Shown here: positions 23,152 through 34,016 of the stretch, piece by piece
Layout of the letters: each line of letters starts with the position of its first letter
Numbering within the stretch: position 1 is the first letter of the stretch
Source: Octopus sinensis
Lineage: Eukaryota
Direction of reading: 5' to 3'
NCBI RefSeq assembly: GCF_006345805.1
Contig: NC_043001.1
Span: forward strand, 75,888,001 to 75,952,000
Length of the DNA stretch: 64,000 bases
Translations under genes and position numbers: made by a program
Notes under the pieces: generated by a model
Databases searched by the model: none
Seen by the model: only the letters and a program-made list of their open reading frames with translations
What the model was told of the DNA's origin: nothing

Positions 23152-23672
23152 ATAATAATAATTATAATAATAATAATAATAATAATAAAATAATAATAAT
23201 ATTAATACTATCATTATTATTGAGTGAGAGAGCAGTGCATGCCATCAAAGTGACATTGGAGTAAAATATATGAAACTCAGTATACACTTCTATATTTAAG
23301 AGATGAGGAATTATGTGCATTACATTTGACGGATATATATTTGTCCTCATGATGTTTGATTTTGACACAACGTTTCGGCTGATATACCCTCCAGCCTTCA
23401 TCAGGTGTCTTAGGGAAATTTCGAACCTGACAAGGCACCTGATGAAGGCTGGAGAGTTTATCAGTCAAAACGTTTTATTAACAACAAACAAGATGAGGAC
23501 AAATATTCGTCAATTGTAAATAATGTAAATAATGTCCAGTACACACATCATGACTAGCCGTCTGATAAGGGTACACTAGACACATGCTTCACAGCCATAT
23601 GTGCGGGATATAGTGAACTCATAACACAATAAACAGCGCATGACCTTGCAGATGGAGCCCAGTTAGAATTCT
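23080..23672 (-). mobile_element. LINE 3'-UTR-type repeat with (AAT)n tail, interrupted by a hammerhead fold-back insertion
   Basis: Halves 23220-23287 and 23537-23672 join to match the uninterrupted copy at 56680-56825 (opposite strand). Confidence 0.65.
23364..23409 (-). ncRNA. Minimal type I hammerhead ribozyme, dimer-type stem III
   Basis: Minus strand: gacac CTGATGA a GGCTG gagggtatat CAGCC GAAA CGTT gtgtc. Stems I and II are perfect 5-bp helices; stem III is the palindrome AACGTT. Confidence 0.85.
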
Positions 23673-23679
23673 CTCTATA

Positions 23680-23995
23680 GGCGCAGGAGTGGCTGTGTGG
23701 TGAGTAGCTTGCTTACCAACCACATGGTTCCGGGTTCAGTCACATTGCGTGGCACCTTGGGCAAATGTCTTCTACTATAGCCTCGGGCCGACCAAAGCCT
23801 TATGAGTGGATTTGGTAAACGGAAACTGAAAGAAACCCGTCGTATATATGTATATATGTATATATGTATATATTTTTGTGTCTGTGTTTGTCTCCCTAAC
23901 ATCGCTTGACAACCGATGTTGGTGTGTTTACGTTCCCGTAACTTAGCGGTTCGGTAAAAGAGACCGATAGAATAAGTATTAGGCTTACAAAGAAT
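23680..23995 (+). mobile_element. Composite tRNA-SINE, 3'-truncated
   Basis: ggcgcaggagtggctgtgtggtgagtagcttgcttaccaaccacatggttccgggttcagtc..., internal TA/TG run, then the 3' module. Confidence 0.9.
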
Positions 23996-23999
23996 AATT

Positions 24000-24470
24000 T
24001 ACCCATGCGCCTAAAAACGAAAATTTTCGAACGAGTGTGTGCTGCCTATCATTACGTATGCATCGAAATCATGGACGACCAATAAGTGAATTGAAAATAA
24101 ATTAAGAGCAACACTAAAGAGTTATGGACTGGAGAACGCTGATGATTTCCAAAATGGATAAATAGAAAAACAACAGGATAACATTGGCAACAGGTTTAGC
24201 GGATATTATCTGGAAAATAAGATTCTGCAACGGTCTTTCGCGGCATGTATGTTTAGAAGAAAGGACAATAGACGGAAAACCAAATTAACGGATTATCCAC
24301 AACGTTCAGTAAAAAATAGAGGTTAAGACCGTGTTGAAGTTTTAATGAAGACTTTGTCAAATACTTTGTCATCCAAATATGGATGACGAAAACACTAGAC
24401 CGGGTTTAGTGGAGAGAGCATGCTCAGACATTCGCCCTGCAGTGTGCAAGGATAATGGTGGGAATTGTAT
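24000..24470 (+). mobile_element. Old RTE-type LINE RT C-terminal remnant
   Basis: CVLPIITYASKSWTT and a SFAGHVC-like segment, with many stops and frameshifts. Confidence 0.65.
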
Positions 24471-24808
24471 TTTGTATTTTTATAGTTATGTAGACTTATA
24501 ATGTCCAAACTCTGAAACTTTGAACGAAATCCACAACAGCGTTTATTCACAAGAGGAAACGGAGTGACAGTGATTTTATGAATAGAGTGAGTCAAAAATG
24601 GAACAAGAATACGATAGAAGAGACTGGGTGACGGAAAGGGGCATTCAAAACTGAACAAATGAACGTGTGTTCTTGGTTTGGGATTTGATAGGTCACACTC
24701 ATATTTGTGTTTGTCTTTGTTTGCATACTCGTGTATATGTGTGTATGTGTGTGTGTGTGTAAAAATATTCATAGACATACACATGTATATGTGTGTATGT
24801 AAACATAC

Positions 24809-24872
<64 letters not shown>

Positions 24873-25269
24873 ACACGTTTTGTGTATGTTTGCGTGCATG
24901 CGTGTATGTATGTGTGTATACATGTATTTAGTTGGACGTGCGTAATTGTGCGTGAATGAATGTAGCAAGCAACAATGTATGTGTGTGTGTTGCTATAATT
25001 ACTGTCCCGAGTTGAGAGAAATTTCAAGTTAAATCATCCAAAACTGTTTTTACAGTGTTTTTCAATTTTAGCGTATTACCACAGAGAGAGTGGGGGAAGA
25101 TAGCGCGTAGAATTGATGGAGATAAAAATGAAAAAGAACAGCAATAAATATAAACAAAATATATAAATGAAAAGCGAATATACAGAAAAGAGAAAGAAAG
25201 ACAGAAAGAAAACAGCATAAAAAGGGAGAAGGGGAAGTATAAAGGGACAGGTAGAAAGTATAGATAGAC

Positions 25270-25291
25270 AGAAAGATAGAGCGAGACAGAA

Positions 25292-25347
<56 letters not shown>

Positions 25348-25436
25348 GTAGGTAGGTAGGTAGGTAGGTAGGTAGGTATACGAATAGATAGATATACAGA
25401 TATACAGATAGATAGATAGGTAGGTAGGTAGGTAGG

Positions 25437-25525
<89 letters not shown>
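25270..25525. repeat. (GATA)n/(GGTA)n microsatellite
   Basis: Directly visible. Confidence 0.95.
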
Positions 25526-25526
<1 letters not shown>

Positions 25527-25929
25527 ACAGAACAAAGAAAGAAAAAAACGGAGAAAGAAAGAAAAAGAGAAAATGAAAGATTTCAGCGAAGTAAAATTCT
25601 CATTTTACCAAAATGTGTTTATGTTGGTCTGAAGGAACTCATGCTCAGGCAATTAACTGAAATGGCGCTTCGAGTTAATGTTTGCTTAGAGATTCTCTCC
25701 ACTATGCTGTGTATTATAGTTTCGTCGCTGTTTGTCTCAGAGAAACTAACTACGAGACGCGGGGAAGAATTGGAGTGGAGTGGGGTCTGGCTGAGGGGGA
25801 GATGGGGTGAAGGAGAGTGATGGAGTGCGAAGTTCTACACTACCAAACCAAGCTCTCTGCCTGATTTTGGACGGGCTTAAGGTCTTTCTCACATGTAACA
25901 CATTTCAATACACCTCCTGTTCCTACAAC

Positions 25930-25963
<34 letters not shown>

Positions 25964-25966
<3 letters not shown>

Positions 25967-26429
25967 TTCTACAAAAGGCACAAGGCCTGAAATTTGGGGG
26001 CAGGGGACTAGTGGATTACATCGACCACAGTGTTTCACTGGTACTTAATTTATCGACTCCGAAAGGATGAAGGGTAAATTCGACCTCGGCGGAATTTAAA
26101 CTCAGAACGTAGCGACGGGCGAAATGCCGCTAAGCATTTGGGCCGGAGTGCTATCGATTCTGCCAGTACGCCACCTAGTAATAATAATAATATATAATTC
26201 TTTCTACTGGAAGCACAAAGCCTCAAATTTGGAGGAAAGGATTAAGTCGATTGCATCAACACCATTACGTAACTGGTACTTATTTAGCCGACCCCGAAAG
26301 AATGAAAGGCAAAGTCGACCTCGGCGGAATTTGAACACAGAATGTAGCGACAGACGAAATACCGCTAAGCATTTTTACCCGGCGTGCTAACGATTCTGCC
26401 AGCTCACCGCCTTAATAATAATAATAATG

Positions 26430-26476
<47 letters not shown>

Positions 26477-26630
26477 GACAACATTGACGATGATGGTGGT
26501 GGTGGTGGTGGTCTCTTCTACTTAAAGGCACAACGCCTGAAATTTGTTTGTGGGGAGTCGATTACATCGCCCCCAGTGTTGTACTGGTGTTTATTTCAAC
26601 GACTCTGAAAAGATGAACGGCAAGGTCGAG
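25964..26630 (-). mobile_element. Cluster of three head-to-tail Meta-domain-like SINEs separated by (AAT)n
   Basis: Copies at about 25964-26177, 26198-26413 and 26512-26630. Confidence 0.85.
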
Positions 26631-27089
26631 TGCCAATCAAGGTACACCATAGATCCAGAATAACCCTGACCAGCTGTTCTTCTCCTTCTACAGGCGCTTG
26701 CTTAGAGTAGATCCATTAACCCTACCGTTTTTCCCTATAAAGAATTAGCTTATGACAATTTTCCTTACTTAGGAAGATTACATGTACATTCATACAAAAA
26801 ATACATATGCGTATACAGAGAAAGAATTGTTTTACGTAATGATTATTTTGTGTAAATAACCGAAACGTTCATATTAATTCCACGCTATACTAACAACTTT
26901 ATGCAATTGTTCTACAATATACATATATGTATTGATTGATTCTAGTTTCAGCTCACGAGCTGTAGCCATGCTGGGGCACCGCCATATATATATATATATA
27001 TATACATATATGTGTGTACGTGTGTGTATTTGTGTATTATATATATATATATTTATGTATGTATATATTATGTATATATATATATATGC

Positions 27090-27130
<41 letters not shown>

Positions 27131-27152
27131 TAATATATATTATAATAATATA

Positions 27153-27219
<67 letters not shown>

Positions 27220-27554
27220 CATATATATATATAATACATATATATATGTAACAAATATAAATATAAATGGTTAAGCAATAGTTAATCTAAGTTTTTTGTA
27301 ACTTTTCATTTGTCTATGTTGTTTATGTTCTGGTGTTTGCTAAATTTTTTGAGAACATTTCTTTGTGGTAAGTCCATAGCGGATCTACTTCTGGCATAAG
27401 GGTTGTCCACATAGTGGTCATCCCTCTCATATGCATGTAATACAATTTTCTGAACCTTCAGATTTTAATATGCAAGACCACTGGTTTTAAATTAATGTTA
27501 ATCAAATTAATATCCAATTTTTCACCCTCATTTTAAATTTAAATGTATACATAC

Positions 27555-27598
<44 letters not shown>

Positions 27599-27667
27599 AT
27601 GTATATATATATATATATTTATATATATATGTATGTATATATCATATATATGTATATATATATATAT

Positions 27668-28045
27668 AGCTTCAAGGTTCATCCAAGACTGGGACCACGG
27701 GCCATACGTCCCCTGCCCAATTCAAGATCACAGCATACATGTAAACTGCAACATAATTTCTTTTCCTCAACAGGCCCTGCCCTATTTAACATTGTTCCGA
27801 GGGAGATCAAAGAGTAAAAGGATCCCATCAACTTTAAACGGAGTCTGGATAGACTCCTTCAAAGAATACCAGATAAGCTACCCATAATTGGATACAACTC
27901 CCCCAATAAGAACTCACTACTTGAATGGACCATAAACAAAACTTGACTTAAACAGGATTCGAATAATCCTATCAGGTGGTGCTATTAAGTTAGACATGGC
28001 CTGAACCAATCTTTGGTCGAAACACATCTAAGTATATCTAAGTTT
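27668..28045 (+). mobile_element. CR1/L2-type LINE 3' end
   Basis: FFSSTGPALFNIVPREIKE*KDPINFKRSLDRLLQRIPD...GYNSPNKNSLLEW, then a short tandem tail catctaagta-tatctaagtt. Confidence 0.7.
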
Positions 28046-28058
28046 ATATATTTATATA

Positions 28059-29338
28059 CGAGGGGCGTTCAATTAGTAATGCTCCTGACCCTCTCGCACT
28101 TGTTTGATCTAGCTGAAATTTTGTATGTGCAATTATTCATATTGCTATAGATAAAGTGTCAAATTACAGCTCTGAACTAATTGTGGTTTCCGATTTACAG
28201 GTGTTTGAACTGAGCCAAGTGTGAAATGGAGCTTGTTGAGTGTCAAGCAGTGATCCGGTTTTTGTATTTGAAAGAACGCACACCACGGGAGACTTTTGAT
28301 GAAATGAAAGTAACTTATGGTGATGATGCCCCATCATATGACCTTGTAAAACGCTGGCATCGTGAATTCAAACATGGTCGGAACTTTGTGGAAACAGCTC
28401 CCAGATCTGGTCGCCCCCCTTCTGCCATTGATGAGGCATCTGTCCGTCAAGTTGAGGCTGCTATTTTGGAAGATCGACGCATAGCTATTCGCTAAATAGC
28501 CCATGAGATCAAGATTAGTACTGGATCTGTGGAAACTATCATTCATGACCATTTGCATATGCAAAAGGTGTCTGCCAGATGGATTCCCAGGTTGCTCACA
28601 CCTTTTCAGAAGCAAAAACGCGTCGAGTGCTCGAGGATGAATTTGGAGATGAGTCAAAATTTTTCAAAAGACTGATTACACAGGAGGAAACCTGGGCCCA
28701 TCATTATGATCCAGAGACCAAATCCCAGTCAATGCAGTGGAAGAACCGTGATTCACCTCCTCCAAAGTAGGCAAGGGTGCAGCCCTCCGCTGGCAAGGTC
28801 ATGCTTACAGTCTTCTGGGACCAGGAGGGAGTAGTGATGACAGATTTCCTGGCAAAGGGTACCACAATTACAGGAGCCTATTAAGCTTCACTTTTGAGGA
28901 AATTAAGAGAAGCTATCAAAATCAAGAGGCGGGGCAAGATCAGCAAAGGCATCCTCCTCCTGCAGGACAACGCACCGGTCCACAACTCGCATGTCGCCAG
29001 ATAAGAAGCGCAGGCGTGCGGCTATGAACTCTTCCCCCATCCCCCCTGCTCTCCTGACCTTGCACCCCCTGATTTTCACCTCTTCCCAGTCATGAAGTTG
29101 TTTTTGAAAGGAAAGCGTTTTCCAGATGATGCAGCCTTGATTTCTGAAGTCACGTCGTCGTTGGAGGACCAAGCTGGGGTCTTCAACAAAAATGGTCTCG
29201 GGAGCTGCATCAAACGATGGGAGAAATGCATGACTCTGGGTATTTTCTATGCAGGAAAAGACTAATAACTGTGCCAAGTTTCGTTGCTCTACTTCTATGG
29301 GAAGTGGGTCAGGGGCATTACTTATTGAACGCCCCTCG
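28059..29338 (+). mobile_element. Full-length (1280 bp) inactivated DD34D mariner transposon
   Basis: TIRs cgaggggcgttcaattagtaatgc / gcattacttattgaacgcccctcg with TA on both sides. ATG at 28226; WIPRLL, QDNAP-(34 aa)-SPDLAPPD; several stops and one frameshift/deletion. Confidence 0.97.
28226..29266 (+). pseudogene. mariner transposase pseudogene
   Basis: HTH region, then TQEETWAHHYDPETK, KVMLTVFWD, QDNAP and HPPCSPDLAPPDFHLF; premature stops from 28493 onward. Confidence 0.95.
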
Positions 29339-29357
29339 TATATATATATATGCATGT

Positions 29358-29389
<32 letters not shown>

Positions 29390-29400
29390 CATGCATATAT

Positions 29401-29445
<45 letters not shown>

Positions 29446-29516
29446 TATGGATATACATGCATACATACATATACGTATATATTTTATATATATATAATAT
29501 ATATAATATATATATA

Positions 29517-29557
<41 letters not shown>

Positions 29558-29559
29558 TG

Positions 29560-30100
29560 ATTAGAGACAATTTTATCAGAATGAGATAAAAATCCAAGGC
29601 CGTGAAAGATTTTAGCACATTTATAAATAGAATGTCTTAAAGCTGTATCCATGATATATTGTATATCCCCTCATCGAAGACGGTGTGAGAAAATGGTTAA
29701 GCAATAGTTAATATAGATAATATATGAAATAGAGAGTGAAGTGGTTGAATGAAAATAGATGTGAGATATGCAGGGATATTGCATCTGTAGCTCCATTATT
29801 TAGGCAGAATAATAATACTATTGGAACTTACTCACAAGATATTGGGATCTTATATGTATTCCATTCTGCCTAAATAACGGATCTACATATGCAAATTTCT
29901 CTGTATATCTCACATCTATTTTCCTTGCTCCACTTCACTTTTTATTTCATATCTAAATTAACTATTGCTTAACCAGTTTCTCACACCGTCTCTGATGAAG
30001 GGATAAATAAAATCTCCCGGAAACAGCTGTAAGACATTTATTTATAAATGTCTAATATTTTTCGCCGCCTTGGATTTTTATCTCATTCTGAAAAAATTTT
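29560..30100. repeat. Diverged ~250-bp inverted pair of hammerhead-bearing units
   Basis: 29560-29810 is the reverse complement of about 29860-30100 at roughly 80% identity by eye. Confidence 0.85.
29988..30035 (+). ncRNA. Type I hammerhead ribozyme, near-intact
   Basis: gtct CTGATGA a GGGA...TCCC g GAAA C agct GTA agac; stem III palindrome ACAGCTGT; an A.G mismatch closes stem II. Confidence 0.7.
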
Positions 30101-30263
30101 TTTATATATATATACATGCTGAAATATGACCTACGTTGGACTCCTTATTTGCATAATCACCGAACCTGGAGCTCAACTATGGTCTTCCATAGCACTTACT
30201 CAGCATTACCTGACACCTTTGGGTCGTATTGGCACCATTACCTCTCATACCTTCTCTCTCTAT

Positions 30264-30322
<59 letters not shown>

Positions 30323-30404
30323 ATATATATATATATATATGGCATATACGTACGTGTGTATGTATGTATGTACACTCATTTTATCATTCTACATTTACAC
30401 ACAC

Positions 30405-30810
30405 ACATCATCATCATCATCATTGTTCGACCGTGGTCGAGACAATGGAAGTTACCATGCTACGCCAGACCTCACGGTCCATCATGGCATTACGGAGGCC
30501 CTGTTGCTGGATGCCTGTATCCCTGGAGATTACATCAGGGTAGGAGAGTGTGCGCCCTCTGGTATTGCGAGTAGATGGCTTCCAGAGGAGAAGAGTAGAA
30601 ATTACCTCTTTTTCAGTTCTACAACAATGTCCAGCAAACTGGACTCTCCTACCTTTCACAAGAGATGACACAGGTGGTAGTTTCCCATATATTTGCATTT
30701 TGGTTGGATGGCGTTTCCACGAGATATTTTGAGCTCTCATAAGGAGGCGAGTGAAGGTTCCATCCCACCGCCTCTCAAGCTTTTTTGATAACGTCCAGGT
30801 GTCTGAGCCA
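30405..30810 (-). mobile_element. 5'-truncated RTE/RTEX-like LINE 3' end with (TGA)n tail
   Basis: GSDTWTLSKKLERRWDGTFTRLLMRAQNISW...RRVQFAGHC...RGRTLSYPDVISRDTG...DREVWR; no stops over about 130 codons. Confidence 0.85.
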
Positions 30811-31374
30811 CAGACGCACGTACACATACCCACACACACACATACACACACACATATATTTATATATATATAGAGAGAGAGAGAGAGGAGGAGGAGGAGG
30901 AGGAGGAGGAGAGAGACGCACACTTTATGGTCTGTATAATGTCGCAGATGATAATTTTCTTCTGATGTTTAGTTCGATATAATAAACTACTATTGAAATA
31001 GGAAATCGTTTTGTGGTGAAGAGTAGTTTATTGTGTTTGTCTCTGTGTGTCCGTGTGTCTGTGTGTCAGAGTGCAAGCTATAAGCTATACCATAAAAAAC
31101 TGTAAAATTTGGTGATCTTACCAAACTCACAAAATGGCTTTTTTATATTTTCTTTCAATTTCTCAAGAAATATTTCAATATTTGTTATTTTACACGTTTC
31201 GATGATTTAAAAGAAAGGGGGGGGAATTATGTAGCTATATGAGTACTATTTCATGCATTACAACAATCTTCAGAAACAGTCCAATGACTGACAATAGTAG
31301 CTTTATTTATGTTCTTAAAAAAATACGGAAAGGCGATCAGTACTTCTTTGAACGATGTACGGTATACTGAATTC

Positions 31375-31610
31375 AAAAGGCGGCGAGCTGGCAGAATCGT
31401 TAGCACGCCGGGCGAAATGCTTAGCGGTATTTCGTCTGCGTTATGTTGTGAGTTCAAATTCCGCCGAGGTCGACTTTGCCTTTCATCCTTTCGGGGTCGA
31501 TAAATTAAGTACCAGTTACGCACTGGGGTCGATGTAATCGACTTAATACCTATGTCTGTCCTTGTTTGTCCCCTCTGTGTTTAGCCCCTATGTGGGTAAT
31601 AAAGAAATAG
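31375..31610 (+). mobile_element. Near-complete Meta-domain-like tRNA-SINE
   Basis: ggcggcgagctggcagaatcgttagcacgccgggcgaaatgc...gagttcaaattccgccgaggtcgactttgcc...taaagaaatagg. Confidence 0.9.
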
Positions 31611-32487
31611 GTATACTGAATTCAGCAGTGTACAAGAAAACTTATAAAATAGGATATTGACATTCAGCACATGTATTAACATAATGGAACCCTACATGGC
31701 CTAAGGAAAAAGACCTTGAAAATTGCTTCCAAAGTTAAATATCATGCAGCTGCAACCGTAAAAGCTATGATGACAGCCATAAAAACAATGCCTGATGTAC
31801 CATCCAATGTTGGACCATAAATATCACCTGCACGTAATTTTAGAAAGGATGATCCGACGTATAAGACTAGGATCAGGATACTCTGAAACAGTCAGAATCA
31901 CTACTGCAACTAATCATTCCAAATAATTTTGCACATTTGGGTGCCGGGGAGGTGGATTCTAAAACATGATATCTGTCCTGGGGTTCTAATATTCAGTACA
32001 GATTGCCTCCAAACATTATAATATTTTTCCGTAACTAGACATATTTTTCGAGGAAGACTGGAAGCAAGCGACATCTTTTGTATGACGGTGTTTTACAAGC
32101 ATCATGTGATGTCAAGAAAAAAGTACACACGCAGACACACACATACACACACATTAACACACAGACACATACACACACACTAACACACATAAACATACAC
32201 ACATTTGTGCTTACTTCTATTTCACTCCAGATAGGGATTGGAACGGAATATTTTATCATGCCTCAAACAAGCATTACCATTGATTTACCCATTGTTATTA
32301 GCTAAAACTGTGAGAACTTAACCAAAAATTGTTTAGCAATTTGAAAGGAATTTAGTATAGACAGTAATGAAGCCCCGCATAGGCCAACGAAAAGGACCTT
32401 CAAAAACGACTTCTCAATGTCAAATATTATGGAGTTACGGCTGCAAAACCCACATGACACTCATATCAAACAAAAGAAAAAACACTA

Positions 32488-32815
32488 CGAGGGTAAGTCA
32501 AAAAGTAATGCCATCTTGTTTGGGACAGGTATAATTACCAACACAGGAACATGTGTCATACATCAAAATGAAGATGGTCCTATATGGATCACATCCCTAC
32601 TTCTCAACATAGTCACCGTTTCTCTCAATGGCAATGTTCTACCTTCGAATGAGAGCATGTATCCCTGCCCCGTAAAATTCTGTTCACTGTTCTTTGAGCC
32701 ACTTCTTCCCTACCTCCACACTCACCAGATTTAGCGCCTTCAGACTATCATCTCTTCGGCGCAACGAAAGAGGGTTTGAGAGGCAAACATTATTCCAGTG
32801 ACTAGGAAGTGAAAA
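32488..32815. mobile_element. mariner 3' fragment with an internal inversion
   Basis: TIR tacgagggtaagtcaaaaagtaatgcc; minus-strand KKWLKEQ..FYGAGIHALIRR..ERNGDYVEK* is joined at about 32707 to plus-strand PHSPDLAPSDYHLFG..EGLRGKHY. Confidence 0.85.
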
Positions 32816-33000
32816 CATGAATAAAAAATCCGACTATTTGCCCATTTACACATTCATATATAATTTAATAGCTTAAGGAGTATTTCTTTTATGGGCAGCT
32901 CACGAAACATGAATACAAATTCCAACTATTTGCACCACGTGATACCTTGAGCATGTGTCTCACAGGGCTTCTAGTAGAAGACATATATATATTTAGTTTA

Positions 33001-33333
33001 TTGTTGAGTCTAGGGAGAGTCATTACGCCAATATTAATAACACATGCATTGGTTCAATTCCACTCCTTTATCATTAGTCAGTTGGTTGAATATATATTGC
33101 AAACTAACTAATCAAACAGAGAGAAGTCACTGAAAATGTTGCAATTGACTACGAAAGATATTTGACAGACAAAAAGAAGGCAACAAACGATTAACTGTTT
33201 AACCAGTTAGTCAAACAAACGATCAATTATTTGGTGTGATAAATATTTTACTTTGACTAATATTAATAGAGTAGAATTGAACCAGTGCGTGTATTATTAA
33301 TAATGGCGTAATGGCTCTGCCTAGACACAACAA
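33001..33333. mobile_element. MITE with ~65-bp imperfect TIRs
   Basis: 33001-33065 is the reverse complement of 33269-33333 at about 85% identity by eye. Confidence 0.75.
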
Positions 33334-33398
33334 AATTTGTTTCAACACACGGATTCACATAAAGAATTTTGCAAACCAAATACAAAAATGAGTGTATA

Positions 33399-33437
<39 letters not shown>

Positions 33438-33475
33438 TGTGTATGTGTGTGTGTATGAATGTATATGTATATAAA

Positions 33476-33711
33476 CAGTAATAACTCGACTATCGCGGGT
33501 GTTACGTTCCAAAACCTCCCACAGAAATAATTAAAATCTAAAAAAAATATAAATACCTCTCGGCCGCAGAAACCCGGTTACACTGAGGAGTTCGTGATAT
33601 AAATTTACATATAATAGCTAGAAAAGTCCACGATGTACTGAGTGCGCGATCGGTAAACAGCGATGTACTGATAACGCGATAAGTGAACCGCGATATGGCG
33701 AGGGATTACTG
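33476..33711. mobile_element. Tigger/pogo-type MITE
   Basis: TIRs cagtaataactcgactatcgcgg / ccgcgatatggcgagggattactg, with TA on the right. Confidence 0.7.
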
Positions 33712-34016
33712 TATATGTATATATATATGTGTGTGTGTGTATTTTCTTTTATTTTTATTATTTAATTTGTTTCAGTCATTTTACTGCGGCCATGCTGGAG
33801 CACCGCCTTTAGGACTTATTCTTTGTAATCCTAGTACTTATTCTAACGGCTTCCTTATATATACATATATATATACGACGGGCTTCTTTCAGTTTCCGTC
33901 TACCAAATCCACTCACAAGGCTTTGGTTGGCCCGAGGCTATAGTAGAAGACACTTGCCCAAGGTTCCACGCAGTGGGACTGAACCCGGAACTATGTGGCT
34001 GGTAAGCAAGCTACTT

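Noticed and set aside
23680-23760. tRNA-like sequences with A and B boxes (here and elsewhere)
   Set aside because: They lack a complete cloverleaf and continue into SINE bodies, so they are SINE heads rather than tRNA genes.
28903-29652. Longest listed ORF (249 aa, minus strand)
   Set aside because: It is an antisense read of the mariner transposase fused to a (TA)n tract.
31680-32040. Hydrophobic minus-strand peptides (GIVFMAVIIAFTVAAA; LVAVVILTV)
   Set aside because: They lie in different frames, are interrupted by stops, and match no family I recognise.
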